Assembly (NCBI GenBank): GCA_902475535.1
Contig: CABRZR010000001.1
Location: 15,995-79,994 of the forward strand
Source: an uncultured Coriobacteriia bacterium
GTDB taxonomy: Bacteria > Actinomycetota > Coriobacteriia > Coriobacteriales > QAMH01
Reading direction: 5' to 3'
Length of the DNA: 64,000 nt
Shown here: positions 12,001 to 27,000 of the stretch, piece after piece
Layout of the letters: the number at the start of each line of letters is the position of its first letter
Numbering within the stretch: position 1 is the stretch's first letter
Notes under the pieces: model-generated
What the model saw: the letters and a program-made list of their open reading frames with translations, nothing else
Databases searched by the model: none
What the model was told of the DNA's origin: nothing
Position numbers and translations under genes: made by a program

Positions 12001-15000
12001 TAGAGCTGGATGGTGGCAAGGCCATCGGGCGTGACGAGGGCCGACTCGATGCTGGCGGGAGCCGTGCTACCCGGGGCGCGGTAGAACTGACCGGTGATGA
12101 CCTTGTCGGCATCGGTGGCCTCGGCCATGGTATGCGTAGGCGCGGTACGGTTCTCCGAATCGATGAGGGTAACCGAACCATCGCGGGCCACACTGTAGCG
12201 GTTGACGAAGTAGTTGGTGAGCGTCGGCGTCCAGACGGCGTAGAGGTTCACGTCACGGGCCGGCATCTTGAAGAGGTCGCCTGCGGCGTAGTAGTTGCCG
12301 GCAGCCAGCGCGCCGAGCCAGGTAATGACATCGAGGGCCTCCTGGCCACGGGCGTTCACGATTTCCTTGACGTCGAGGCCGTCGATGCCTGCCGTGACGA
12401 TGGTGCCATCGGCACGCACGGAGTACGTCTCGACGGTGGTCCAGCCCAGCAGCTCGTAGCCGGTGCGCGTGACGACGGCGAGCGTCTCGTTCTTGGGCAG
12501 GTTGAGCTCGTAGCCAAACTGCGTGGCCGGCGAGGAGTCGCCCGCGCCAACCCACTTGCCCGCATCCGGGTCAGTGGGATCGCCGGTGACGTAGGTGAGC
12601 TCGTAGGTATTAGGCTCGAAGTAGATGACGAGCTCGAGGGTCTGGTTGCCGATCATGCCGGAAGCGACGGTCAGGTAGGTCTGGCCGTTGACGGTGAAGC
12701 TCACGCCATCGCCCAGGTAGCTATAACCGGCAGGCGGGTTGGAAGCGTAGGCATGGTAGATGTAGCCGGCGGTGGCACTGGCACCCGTGGCATCGACGAT
12801 GACGTTGGAGCCGACGGCACCGATATGCTTGTAGCCCTCGAGCAGCGCGTCGCCGGCGGCAAGCTCGTTGCCGTACTCGTCGACCTGGATGGCGTTGCCC
12901 ATGCCGTCGACCTTGAAGATCTTCACGACGTAGTCGCCGGACACGGGAACGAACACGTGCACGAGCCTGAGCTTTCCATCACCGCTAATGATGCCAGTGA
13001 GAACCTCGTCGATCTTGAAGTTGGGATCGCCATCCCACAGGCCGATGATGTAGTCGGCGGTGGGAACCTGATAGCCCTCGGGAGCAACCGGGACGGTCGT
13101 GACGGACTCGCCGGTGGTACCCGTGCCCGTGAGGTTGGGCAGCTTGGTGATGGTGCCATCGGCATTGAGCTGGTAGCGCTCGATGGTGTAGGGCGTGTCC
13201 GTGTTGGCAACCCAGACGGCATAGAGCGTGATGTCATCGGTGCCGATGGCGATGGTAGCGCCAGGAGCATGGACGACCGCGCCACCGTTTTCGGTAGCCC
13301 AACCCATGAAGGTGTAGCCGGGGTTGCGCAGGTGGTTGGTAGTGGGCAGCGTGGTCTCGGTCTCGCTGCGCAGCAGCGTCGAGCCAAACGCCGAGTAGCC
13401 CGGTGCCCAGTTGCCCGCGCCGGCTCCCGTATCGGGAACGAGTGTGAGCGTGTGGTAGTCGGCCTCGTAGTAGAGGTTGAGGACGAGCGTGCCATTGCCA
13501 AGCACCACGCCGGTGTCGACGCTGGGATACATCTCGCGATGGGCGCTCGGCAGGATGTACGTGTAGCCGGGGATGGAAGGCGCCACGGCCGTGACCCTCA
13601 CACCCGTGAAGTCATAGAAGGTCTGGCTCGGTGCCGCGGGAGCCTTGTATGCCAAGGGATCGCTCTGGCCGAGGGCGGAACCCGGAATCTTCCAGTAGTT
13701 GACGACGTACTGAACCTGGATGGCCTGGAAGACGTGGACGAGAACCAGCTTGCCGTCACCGGTGACGATGCCGGAGAGCTTGGTGGTGAACGTCGTCGGC
13801 AGGCCGGCCATGGTGCCGGAAGCGCCGGTGCCATCGGGGACAAGCTGGTAGCCGGCGGGCACGTTGGGCGTCGTGCTGACCAGGTCATCGGTGTAGCCAG
13901 TATAGCTCTCGCCGGTGAGCTGGGTGAACACGCCGTTGCCGTCAAGCTGGTAGCGATAGACGACGTAGGGCGTGTCGGAGTTGGCGGTGTAGTAGAGCTT
14001 GAGGACGAGTGCCGGATTGACCATGACGACGCCGGTGGAAACCTCGCCGCTATGACCCGGTGCGTAGGTGTAGCCAGCCCACAGCGCATTGGTGGCCGTG
14101 TCGATGGGCACGGCGTTGACGATGGTGCCCGCGTAGTCCGAATCGGTATCGGTCTTGACGAGGGTCACGTTCCCGTAGCGATCGACCTTGTAATGCTGAA
14201 TCGTGTAGTCGATGGGCAGCGCGACGAAGATTGCCTTGTAGGTGGTCGCGACAAAGACGCCGTCAGCGTTGCGCGGCGGGACGAGGTGCGCGGGCGCCTT
14301 GTTGGTCGCATCGTACATGACGACGTTGCCGTCGGCGTCTTCCCAATGGTCAAAGGCGTAGCCAGGGTTGGCGGTGGCAAGCGAACCCGCCGGCGTGCCC
14401 GTGGCAGGCAGCACATCTTCGCTTCCGAGCGAGACGCTACCACCGGTGCCGGCGACATAGCTGATGGTGACCTTGGGGAGCTCGATGAAGATCGCCGTGA
14501 AGGCGTAGACGGTCTTCTCGACCCAGCCCCCATCGGGCACGGACGGGATGAAGAGCGAGGAAATCCCAATGTTGGTCTGGTCATCGGGGTTGTCGCCAAC
14601 CTGCCAATGGCTGAACTGGTACCCAGGTGCCGCGATGGGCGTGGAGCCAAGCGGATCGGGAATCGGGCTCACCGTGATGTCGATCTGCTCGCTGCCGAGC
14701 GTGACGGAGCCACCGGTACCCGCGTTGTAGATGATGGTCGGGTTGGTGAGCGCGTTATTGGTGTAGAAGAGCTTGAGCGCGAGGCTGCCGTCGGCGGCGA
14801 TGATGCCCGTGAGCGTGGAGGCCGAAGCGCTGAAGCTATGGCCGGCAAAGACGGGGATGATCGTGATGCCGCCAGGCAGCGTGATGACGCCATCAGCGGG
14901 AACGCCGGAGATGGCACCGCCGTCGCTCGTGTCACCGGTGATCGTGAGCACGAGGTCGGTGGAACCGGTCGCATTGATGGTAGCGCTCGCATCCTTGCTG

Positions 15001-15060
15001 AAGACGCCGTTGGCATCCTGCAGCCAGTACTCGATGACGAACGGCGTGTCGGTCTTGGGG
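1..15060 (-). repeat. MucBP-like/Ig-like repeats (YxVx(H/R)(Y/W)...GDG...LKLYY) interleaved with Flg_new-type repeats. The array continues past the left edge.
   Basis: Examples are TPYTIERYQLNADGTITKLPNLTGTGTTGESVTTVPVAPEGYQV...GDGKLRLVHVF and TKYTVEYYKHRGDGTVVLDSTVEYVGMTDT...ADGTTVLKLYYE. Family assignment is by pattern only. Confidence 0.5.
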
Positions 15061-18000
15061 ATGACGCGCACGGTGTAGGTAGCGGCGGTGTACATGCCGT
15101 CGGCACCGCGGCTCGGCGTGAAGCTGTCACCACTTGCCACCTTGTTGCCAGCCGCGTCGTACCAGCCCTCGATCACGTAGCCAGCGGAGACGTGGGCGAC
15201 GTTGGTCTTGGGATTGCCGGAAACGGGCGGTACGGCCTCGGTCGCGAAATCGACCCAGACGACGTTGCTGTTGGAGACGGTGTAGTCGATGGTGACGCTC
15301 TCGAGCTCGGCAAAGACCGCATAGTAGGTATGGGCCTCGTAGCGACCACTTACAAGGTCACGACCGACGAGCAGCGAGGCGTTGGTGGAAACCTCGTTGC
15401 CATTCTCGTCCACCCAGCGCACGAAGCGATAGCCATCAAAGGCGTTGGCGGTAAGGGTGAACGGGCCGGCGTAGAGCATGTTGGAGAGGTTGGCCGGATC
15501 GAGCGCGTCGCCGGTAACGGCGGAAAGCGACTGGGTGCCCTTAATGTTGACGAGCTTGTCGTAGGCAGGGTCGGCAAAGGCCGGCACGTAGGTGCCGCGC
15601 GGATCATGAACCGTCTGCTCGACCCACACGATGCCGTTGCCAGCGCCGGCAGGGCCGGTGATGTGGCCAAAGTAGTTGGTGCCATCCGTCTTGACCTCGT
15701 AGGAGACCTCGACGTAGTCCTGCTTCCAGTGCGCGAACAGGGTCGTCGGAGCCGTGGGCATCTTGATGGTGGCACCCGGCGCGTAGAGAATCGAGCCACC
15801 GGCCGACAGCGACCAGCCGTCGAGGATCCAACCGATGAGCTCGATGTCAGTCGTGCCGGGCAGGACGACATCGGTCTTGGCGATCTGCGTGATGGTGCCG
15901 GACGTGCCGTTGGTGAAGGCGCCGCCATTGGGATTGAGCGTGAGCGTCTGGTCCTTGCCAACCCACAGGGCGGTGAAGGTCACGCCGCCGGCGGTGACGA
16001 GCACCTCGCTGGGAATGACGTAATCGGGATAGACCTTGCCATCGCTTCCGCGCCAGCCGTTGAACAGCCAGTTGGAGTCGTCATCGGCACCGGGCTGCTT
16101 GCCCAGGCCGGGAACATCGACGAGCAGGCCGTCATTGCCGGTGGCAAAGGTGGGCACCGAGCTTCCGATCCTGATGTCATCGAAGAAGGCGCCCGTATCG
16201 CCCGTGGTGGTCGCGGCCGTCCAGTTGCCATGGTCGCCAGGCAGGTAGCTCACGAAGGAGAGCTGCTCGAAGACGGCATACGCGGTGACGGTACCCGCCA
16301 CGATGAGCTTGGACAGGCCAAAGTTGGCATCGCCATCATCCACAGTGACGCTGCCGCTGACCGTGGTGCCATCATCCTTGACGGCAGTCCAATCCCAGCC
16401 AGCCAGGCGATAGCCCTTGTTGACGACGAGCCCGATGGCCGAGGCGACGCCCTGGCCGTAGGTCTCGGTCGCGGTGTAGACCACGTGGGTCATGGTGCCG
16501 GAGGTGATCGTCTGGGCGACGAAGTCCTTGTCACCGGTCGTGCCAGCAGAGAGCGTGCCGGGAGCGCCATCGCGCAGATCGACGGTGACCGTGTAGGTCT
16601 TGGGTGCCCACTGGGCAAAGAGCTCGAGGGTCGGCTTGGGATCGGTGGTAATCCAGGAAGCGCCGTTGATATCGGCGATACCGGTAACCGCACCATCGGC
16701 ATAGGAAATGCCCGAACCATCGGCCTTGGTGTTCCATCCGGTAAAGGTGTAGCCGTTCACCACGTAGGCGTTATCAGTAAGCGCGATCTGCGAGTTGAAC
16801 AGGAAGCCCTGCTTGGGAGGCATGGTACCCGTGGCCGGATCGTTGGGATCGGGCTCGTTGGCGTTGAAGGTGACGTAGTAGTCGGCCTCGGCCCACAGGG
16901 CCACGACGTTGATATCGTAGACCTTGGGATCGTCCGGATCGCGACCGGGCAGCTCGACGGTCAGGTCAGCGACCTTGGAGAGGTCAACCTGGAGGACGTC
17001 GCGCGTCTGGAGGATGACGCCGCTTGCCCCACGCTCGAACCACTGGATGCGCCAGCCGGCAAAGTACCAGCTCGTGCCACTATCCTCCACGTCGCCTTCG
17101 GGCAGGGCGCCGATGCTATTGGCGTAGGCGGGGAACTTGCCCAGGGGCGCGACGTGGGTAAAGATCGTCTCGTTCTCGACCGCCGGGTCGGGGAAGGCAC
17201 CATCTGCCGCGTGCTCACCGGGCAGGTAGTTGACGATGATGGCTTCCTTCCAACGGGCAAGGAAGGTGGTGGGACCGAGAATCTGGAAGGTGGCCGGGGC
17301 GTTGACGTCAAGACCGGTCTGGGTGATGGTCTCGTTGTTGCCGGTCACGTAGGTGACATCCCAGCCGACCAGGTACCAACCCCTACCAGGAGTCGTAATG
17401 ACCTTATCGTATTCGGCATACTTGCCGTACCAGACCGCCTGGCTGTCCTCGCCGTCAACGACACCCCTCGTGCCGTTCTCGCTCGCGAAGACGACGTTGA
17501 CGCGCTCTTCCTCCCACTGGGCGTAGAAGTGAACGACGGCGCCCTCGAGGGTGGCGAGGTTGGAGATGTAGCCCTGGGAGCTCGTCTGGGTGAAGAGGTT
17601 GGTTCCCTCGACGGTCCAACCGATCCAGTGGTTACCGGCGCGGGTGAAGCGATTGGCCAGCGAGACCTGCTCGCCGTACTTCACGGTTACGGTCTGCGGA
17701 GTGGAGTCGTCACCCGTGTAGTAGGCATCCCACACGTTGCCGTGGAACGAGACGGTGTAGGTGATGGGCGTCCAATGCGCGTAGAGGATGAAGTCGCGCG
17801 GCTCCTCGTCACCGCAGAGCTGCTCGAGGGTGACCTCGGTGCCAAAGGCGTACTGCACCGCTGCGTCATCGCGATGGGCGGCGTCGCACCAGCCATCGAA
17901 GACGTAGCCAAGGCGCCACATCTCGACGGTGTCGGCCGCGGTGGCCAGCATGAAGGGCTCGTCGACCTTGTGCAGCGCCCCGTTGGGCGGCGAGGTGATC

Positions 18001-21000
18001 GTACCGCGCACGTCGTTGTTGCGGTCGTAGGTGATGGTGTAGCCCACGACGCGCCACTGCGCGTAGAGCCTGACGACGGCGTCCTGGACGGTGGCAAGGT
18101 TCACGACCGTGGCACCATCGGCATAGGCCGTGCCCGTGCCATCGGCCGCAGTGTTCCATCCGTCAAAGACGTAGGCTTCCCTCGTGAACTTCACGCCGAC
18201 GATGGCAAGCGCCGCGGGAACCTCGTAGGAAGCGGTCATGTCCTGCATGCCCGGCGAGGAGGGATCGGCACCGTTGCCCTCGAAGGCGATGGTGTAGGTG
18301 ATGGGCGCAAAGCGCGCATACCAAGTGGTACCCGTGAACCAGACGTCGTCGGCATCCTTGATGGGCGCGAAGGCGGCATCGCGGCCATGGGGCGCGAGAT
18401 TGCCGCGGGCGTCATACCAGCCCTCGAAGACGTAGCCGGGAGCAGCCGTCGCGGTCGAGCCCATGGGCTTGCCGTCACCAGCGTTGACGACCTCGAAGTC
18501 ACGGCTGACCGAGCCGCTGCCGGTGCCCACCGCATAGTGGAGCTCGGCACGCTCGGGAGTGAACCAGGCATAGAGTGTCACGCGCGTGATGGTGTCGTCG
18601 GCGCCAAGAAGCTTGGCGATGGCCGCAAAGGCAAGGCCTCGACCGAGCTGATCCTCGCGCCAGTTCTCCTCGTCGATGGTGGCATCCGTATGCCAACCGA
18701 GGAAGACGTAGCCGACGCGGGTGGCCGGTGCCGGAACGACGTCAGTGGAATCCCAGGTCACGTCCGTGCGCGTACGGATGTAGGTACCGTCGCCGGTCTC
18801 GTAGGCAACGGTGTAGAGACGCGCGGTCCAACGCGCGTGGAGCGTCATGTTGACATCCGGAGCCGTGATGGTGGCTCCCGGAGCGTAGAGCACCGTGCCA
18901 CCCGGAGTGAGCGCCCAGCCGTCAAAGCGCCAGCCGTCGCGCGTGACGTCTGCCAGGCCCGGCAGGGTGATGTGCTCGACATCCTCCAGCGGCGAGGTGT
19001 TCTTGGTGACCGTGTAGCTGGTGACCGGCGTTTCGCTCGTCCACAGACCACCCTCGAGCTGAAGGTCGACCGTGGCGCTGCGCTTCCAATGCGCGGTGAA
19101 CGAGAACGGACCGGTGATGGTCACGGGACGTCCGCTCTCGTAGCTCACGACCATGTCGGCGACGATCTTGTACCTGTTGCCATCGGGGCCGATCCAGTAG
19201 GCGAACTCCCAGGTGACGCCATCGGCGGCCGTCTCGCCCAGCGGACTGCCGTCGGCGGCGAAGAGCGACGGGATCTTGTTGCCACCGACAGCGGCGGTAA
19301 AGCCAAAGTGCGGTGCCTGATCGCCGTGGTTGAGGCCCTCGTAGAGGGTGCCCTCGGCACCGTAATCCCAGGAGCCGTGCTCGCCGGGCAGATAGGAGAC
19401 GGCGATGATGCTTGCCCACTGAGCCGTGAAGACCGTGGTACCACGGATGGGAATCTGCGCGGGGTCAGGAGTCTCGCCGGTGATGAAGGTGGTGTCGTCG
19501 AAGGTCATGGTGTAGGTCCACACGCGCAGCTGCCAGCCACCGGCCGTGTTGGGCTTGGTGTGCACGAGCTTCATGTCGACGGTGCCGCCCGTGGCAACCT
19601 GGCGCGGCGTGTAGGTGACGGTGCCGCGGTTGGGCTCGGAGGAGACGAAGCTCACCGCATAGACGCGCGGTGCCCAGGTGGCGTAGAGCACGAAGTCGCT
19701 ACCGGCCTGCGAAGAGAGGTTCACGATGGTGGCCATGTCGGCGTACTTGTTGCCCGAGGCATCGCGCCAACCGTCAAAGACGTAGCCGTTGAGGGCAAAG
19801 GCGTTCTTGGGCAGCGCGCGCGGCACGTCGTAGGTGAACACGGAGGCAGGCATCGTGCCCATGGCATCGGAGGCGCCGGGGGCAAAGCTCACCGTATAGG
19901 TGATGGGCGTCCAATGCGCGTAGAGCGTGGTGTCGCCCGTGGGCATCGTGAAGGTCGCCGACGGGTTCCAGCGCACCACGCCGCCTGCGGTCTCGGCCCA
20001 ACCGTCAAGCACGTAGCCGGGACGGACGAAAGCGTTGGCGGCGGCGAGATGCTGGGTGGAGCCGGCATAGAGGCTGTAGATGATGGTGTTGCCGTCATAG
20101 TCGTAAGTGCCATCGGCAACGGCGGCGTTGGCCGTTCCGCCATTGGCCGAGAGCGTGAGCTTGAAGGCGTGGACGGTCCAGTAGGCGTAGAGGATGACCG
20201 TGCCGCCCTCGGCACCGGCAAGGTTCTTGACCGTGGCGCCGTCGGCGATGAGCTGACCGGAGCCATCGGCACCAGTGGTCCAACCGGCAAAGTCATAACC
20301 GACGCGCGTGATGCCACCCTGCTCTGCGGTGGGCAGCGTGCGGGAGGTGTCGTAGGTGAAGACCATGTCGTCGAGCGAGCCCGTACCACCGTTGACGTCG
20401 AAGACGACGGTGAAGTCCTGAGCGGTGAACACCGCATAGTACTTGGTGGGAGTCTCCCAGATGGCGTAGATGCCCTTGGTGGGATCGTAGATGCCCTTGG
20501 TGGGAACGAAGGTCGCGTCCCAGCTAACCGTATTGCCCCACTCGTCGATCCAGCGCACGAAGGTGTAGCCGGTGAGCACATAGGCAGACGACCCGACGGG
20601 GGTGCCGCTCACGGCCGGCAGGTGCTCCTCGCGCACGCTCACGTAACCGCCCTTTGTCGGCGTGCGCTCGCCCGTCGTGGCGTCGACGGTGACGGCCGTG
20701 TAGGTAATCGAACCGGGCACTTCCTCCCAGCGAGCGTAGATGGTGCCGACGCTGCCGGCAGCCGAAGAGCTCACGAGCGAGGCGAAGATGGTGTTCTCGT
20801 CAATCTCGGTATCGGCCTCGGAGGTGCCGTTGTACCAGCCGCGGAAGCGATAGCCCGGCTTGGTCGGGTCGGCGATGCCGTCAAGCAGGTTGGTGTCGGT
20901 GAAGTGCACGCCGGTGAGCGCCGCGATGGCCGAGCCGCCCTGGGTATCGAAGGCCAGCGTGTAGGTGTTGGCCTCCCAGATCGCGTATAACGTGGTGTTC

Positions 21001-24000
21001 TCGATGAACATCTGGATGACCTGACCCGGCGCGTAGATGGCGGCGCCGTCCTTGGTCATGCCCCAACCGGTGAAGACGTAACCATCGCGCACGACCGCGT
21101 CGGCCTCGGGGAGCTTGGCATCGGCACCGGTGAGGTAGCGCGTGGCGCTCATGGAGGTGGCACCTGCCGCGGTGACGGTACCGCCGTTGGCGTCGAAGGA
21201 GAGCACCTGACCCGAGAGCCTGAAGATGGCCGTGAGGCTCATGGTGCAGGTCACGGTGGTGGGCAGCTCGTCCTTGCCGTCGACGGTGGTGTAGGTGACG
21301 CCATCGATGGTCCACTCCCAGCCGACGAACTTCCAACCGGGGCTCGTCTTGGGAAGGCCGAAGTTACGGGCGTTGGAGTTGATGTCATCGAGAAGGTCGG
21401 CATCGACTTCGGCGCCGTTGGCAAACAGCGGGAAGGGCGAATCCTTGGCCACGCCAATCCAGTAGGTCTTACCGGAGATATCAGGGAAGACGCCGTGATC
21501 GCCCTGGTAGTAGCGGATGTTGAAGACCTGGTCATCTTTCCACTGGGCCGTGAAGGTGGTGATGCCCAGGATGGTGACCTCGGTGGGGCTCTTGGCGATA
21601 CCGGTAATGGTGCCACCGCCGGGCAGCTGAATCACGTAGGTCCAGTGCGAGAACTCGTAGGGAGCGGTGGGCGTGACGGCGGGAACCTGCGCGCTGGTCA
21701 GATGCTGCCCGTAGTAGACCTGAACGGGAGCGCCGGAGGAGACGTTGCCATGAGAGGCATCCGAGGTGTTGAAGTTCACGTTGTAGAGGCGAGCCGACCA
21801 TACCGCGAACAGCGTGAAGGTGCGACCGTCATCGACGAGGTTGAAGACCGTCGCCTCATCGGCGTATTCGGCCGTCGCGGCATTGGGCGTGGTGGCCCAT
21901 CCCTTGAAGTCATAGCCGGGGCGCGCGAGGACGTTGGCGGGGAGCTTGCCCGAGACGCCGTAGGTGAGCTGCAGGTCATCCATCGACCCGGTGGCGTCAT
22001 CGGCGCCGGGGCGGAAGCTCACCAGATACTTGAGCGGCTCCCACTGCGCAAACAGGGTGACCGTCGCGTCCTGGATCGGATTAACGCCATCGACGAGCTT
22101 GTTGATGGCAACGTCCAGCAGGAGCTCGGCATCCAGGAACGTGTCGCCCGAGCCATCGGCCGCGGTGTTCCATCCCACGAACTTGTAACCGGGACGCGTC
22201 ATGGCGGGCGTGCCCGTCTGCGAGTTGCCGGCGACGGTGGGCAGGCGCAGCTGCGTGCCATAAGTCGCCGTTATGGAACCGGGCGCGTCCTTGCCCGTAT
22301 CCGCGTTGACGTCAAAGGCGATGTTGAAGGTGTTGGGCCTGAAGGTCGCGATGAAGGAGAGCGTAGCGGGCCAGCAGGTCACGCCATCGGCACGCGTCGG
22401 GGTGAAGCGGGCGTCGGTGGAAACGGCCTTGCCCGTCGAGGCATCGATCCACTCGACGAACTGGTACCCGCGCAGGGCTGCGGCTGCGGCAGTGGCGGCA
22501 CCGCTCACGCGCATGATCGAGAGCGTCCATCCAAGCTGCGTGCGCGTCCAGCTGGCAACCACCTTGCCCTGACTGTCGACGAGCTCGATGAGATCATCGG
22601 TCGCGACGTCGCCACGCCAGGACACGTCGGTCATGCCATCGGGAATGGTGTCGGTAACGGGCTCGACGCCACCGGCCACGGGCGCGGCGGTGAAGACGAT
22701 GGTCGTCTGGAGCTCGGCCCACTGGGCGTAGAGCGTGATGATGCTTCCGTTGCTGCCCTCGAAGTCGTTGACGCGCGCGCCGGGCCCATACTGGGTGCCG
22801 GTGCCATCGGCCTTGGTGTTCCAGCCGGTAAAGCGATAGCCGTCGCGGAAGATGCCATCGAGGGTGCCGCCAACGGCAAGCTGCAGGTAGACGCCATAGG
22901 TGGCGCGGTCATCGGCAAGGGCGCCAAAGCCGCCGTTTTCGTAGTACTTGACCGTGTAGGTGTTGGGGGCAAAGTGCGCGGTGAAGGTGGCCGGATGGAA
23001 GGTGCCGTTATCGTTGATGACGCCGAAGATAGTGTCGGCATCGAGAACATCGCGACGAGCCAGGGAGCTATCGATGGAATTGGTCCAGCGGTCAAAGTGA
23101 TAGCCAGGAGCAGGCGTGGCGATGGCGCCCTTGATGTCGAGGCGACCGGTCGCGTCGATGTCGAGGTCGACGATTTCGGATGCGGTCTTGCCATCATCGG
23201 AGGTGGTGGTCGAGGAAACGGTACCGTTGCCGTCGGCCTCGTAGATGATCTCGATCTTGCCGGGCTTCCACATCGCGTAGAGCGTGGGAACGACCGTGTT
23301 GTCATCGATGTCGCGGGCAATGGTGTGGAACGGCGTCTCGGACGTGGCCTCGGCACGGTCACCCGCATCGTTGAAGACGTAGTACCAGCCGAGGAACTCA
23401 TAGCCGTCGCGAACGGGGGTGATGGCCGGAAGCAGGTCCGTGTCGGTCCACAGGATATCGGTCCTGTCCTCGACGGCAGGCGTGCCACCACCGAGGTTGT
23501 AGTTCAGGACGAAGCCACCATGAGGCTCCCAGATGGCGTAGAGCGTCTGGAAGGCACGGTAGGTGATCTTGCCGTAATCGTCCACGACCTCCCTGATATC
23601 GACATCGATGCCCATGTCGGGGACGTCATCCCAGCGCAGGCGATAGATATCGCCGGCATTGTAGCGGGTGCCCGGCAAGTCGAGACTGGGCTGCGTGTAC
23701 CAGCCCGCGATGTCATAGCCGAGCATGTAGTAGTGGTCGGTGTCACTCAGACCCTCGTTGTAATCGGGGATCACGACATCGTCACCGGCGTCACCGTTGA
23801 TATCGGCAGCGCCGCCGTGAGCGTCATTGGCCACGAACTGAAGGGTGCTGTAACGGATGGGTGCCCACTGGGCGTAGAGGTCGGTGTACTCATGGCCGAA
23901 GACCGGGTGGGTCGCGGTGGGCATGATCTTCTCGCCCGCCTTGAACTCATGGCCGGGGTTGTTCTTGGTGGGAGATGCCAGCGTGTTCCACCAGATGAGG

Positions 24001-27000
24001 CGGTAGTTCTCGAGCTGGAAGCCATCCGTAGTGGACCCGTCACCGCTCTGGTCGGACGGATTGGGAATCGCCCACTCGAAGTCATAGGGCACGAAGGCGT
24101 CCGCCATGTTACCCGTGATGTTCAAGCCATTGGGCAGCGACTCCTTGTTGTTATGGAAGCGGACGATGGTGCCCGGATACCAGTGCCAACGGATGACACC
24201 CCAAGTGTTGGAGTTGCCTTCGAAGGACGTGCCGTTCTTGCCGTACAGCGTGACGATACCCGGATCGTTGTCATTGCCAAGGGTCACATAGTAGTCGCCG
24301 ATCTTGAAGTCACGGAAGGCGTGGTGGCCGTCAAGCTCCTCGATGCGCCAGCGGGCGGCCACGTTGTCGACATCGGTGGCGTTCATCCGCTGCTTGATGA
24401 TTGCCTCGATACCCGTGTTGGTGATGATGTTGCCCATGCCAAGGGTGAGTTCCACGAGGCTGTTCGCCTCGCCGAACATGTTGGTGCGATTTGCCGACTC
24501 GCTCATCTGCCAGGGAGATGCAGTCTGGACATTGGCAACCGACCCACCGGAGATGTTCACGGAGGTGACGGGCGACTTGTAGAAGAGCTTCTCGAAGCTC
24601 GTCGTGTTGGAGTCAACGAGCAGGTTGCTCAGGTCAACATCGACAAGGCCGGCGTAGTAACCATCGGAGTTTTCGAACCAGGATGCCAGCGACGTCGGAT
24701 GCAGGCGCGATCCGGTTTGCATGCTCGTGGCCACGTGAACGATGGAGCCAGCACCAAGCACTTCCTTCCAGGGCATGTAGGGGCCGGTCTCGGTCACGTC
24801 GATGCTCTTGGTGGTGGAGGTCTCGACGTTATCGACGCCAAGCAAGAGCGTGCCAGCCGGGTAGGTGGTGCCCTTGTACTCGGTCTCGTCGACGAAGTAG
24901 CGCCACCAGGCGGCGTCGTTGCTGGGGAAGCGGCCACCGACGTGCTCGGTCTGCCAGACATAGGTCTGCTTGCCGATGTTGTTATTCGGGTCATTGCCAA
25001 CGCCACCGAAACCGGCTGGATAGCGGTTTACGAGGTTGGAGGTGGTGCCCCACCAGTCGGGGTCGTCGGCGGTGACGTTGATCCAGGCACCAAGGACGCC
25101 CTGGTGCGCCTTGAGGCCGGAGTTGGTGAGGTAGTTATATTGGTTGAGGGTGAGCTTCTCGAGGGTCGTATTCTGCGCGAACATGTTGTTCGTACTCTGG
25201 CAATCCCTGAAGTCAAGACCGGTGGCGTCAAACTCCTTGAGGGATTGGAAATTGCCGGAGACGAGCTCAAGAGCCCAAGCGTAGGCGTTGGACTGGCCGT
25301 TGCTTACATAGCTTTCCCATTCGTTGGCGGTATACCAACCCCATTTGTCTTGAGCATCGTTTCTGTGCCACTGGGAAAGGCCGCGTGATTGATCGCCATA
25401 CCAAAGATCAAGAGCAAGTGCGGCATTGGCATACGGCATGATAACGACGCGGTTGAAGCCAGAGGTCGAGAAATTGCGGAGGTAGAAGAAGCGATTGATA
25501 TTCGCATCGGTTCCATAGGTTATGTAAGCGCCACTGCCCACGTTTCGCAACGTGTAGTACTTGGTACCATTGCTGGTGGTTCCTGCATGCCTGATATCCC
25601 AAAGAGTGTTGGTGTCGTTTCTGTCGGTGGTTAGGCTTCCGTCACCAATATATTTCAGCAGCGATGCGGTGCTATGGTTGAAATAGTGGATGTAGTAACG
25701 GCCGTCGATGAAATCATAGGAATAAGGATTTGCCGCAAACCAGCCGGTCATATCAGTGGGAGCAAGCTCGCCACAGGTAATGACCGTCTCGACCTTGGTC
25801 GTGTCGATGACATCCTTCCACGGCAGGTTGTTGGCCGTGCACGTAACCTCCTGCTTGCCATTGACGCTACCTAGGTAAAGCGTATTTGCCTCGGAATCGT
25901 AGGCCCACCAGGCATCGGCATTGCCAACGAAGTGACCGCCCTTGCCCGGCGTCCAGATGAACTCGACACGCGTGCCGTAGATGCTGCCATGACCAGCAGT
26001 ATCGAAACGCGTCGCAAGACCGGCACTCGTCTCGAACCAGGTGTGGTCAAAGAGCGTGTTGCCCTCGGAAGCGTCAGTGCGCCACATGCCGGAGTTCGGG
26101 TCACGACCGGTGATGCTGTCAAATCCCGTGCCCTGGAGCGCAGAGTTTGCACCCACGACGATCTTCTTGAGGGAGGTGCAACCCTTGAACATGTTTGCAT
26201 ATCCGGTGAGGATGGGGATGTCATTGCCCTCGTCGTCCGTTCCGGAGGAGCCAAAGGTCGTCTCGCGCATATCCCAACCGGCGATGTCAACTTCCTCGAG
26301 CTTGGAGTCGCCCTCGAAGAGACTCTCGAAGCTCAGGGTGTTCTTGGTGTCCATACCGGTGCCATCAAAGGTGACGAGGCTCGTATAGCCGGCAAACCAG
26401 CTCGCGAGGTTGACGGGGTTGATCTTGGTGCCAGTGGCATCGTCGATAACCGTGACGACGTGGAGCACCGAGCTACGGGCGACGGAAGGCAGCCACGGCA
26501 GCCAGGGTTCCTGGCCGGGTGTGATGGTGACGCGGTTGCTGACGGTGCCATCGTTGTTGAGGTCTGCAACGCCCATGATGAGCGTGCCGGGCTGGTAGGT
26601 CACGCCGTTGTAGACGGTTTCCTCGGCAAAGTAGCGCCACCAGAAATCGGGGTTCTGGTCTGCGCTGTTATGGAGTTCCCAGGTGTAGGTGATGATACCG
26701 GCTGGTTTGCTGCCATTCTTCATGTACTTGGCCAGCAGGTCGGCGTTGGTGCCGCGGAAGTTCGCATCGGCGGAGCTCAGCCACTGACCGGCGAAGTCCA
26801 CGTGGGACGCAATGCCCTCGAAGCCCGTGCCTTCGAGAATGGTGGTGGGGCCCAGGATGAGCTCGTTGAGGGCGATGTCGCCGCGCTCGTGGTCGGTAAC
26901 CGACGGGAGCGGATTGACATCGAGGAGGTCCTGGATGTTGAGACCCGGCTTGGTGAGGTCCCACTTGGAGAGATTGAGCGACTGGAGCTTGTAGTCGCCC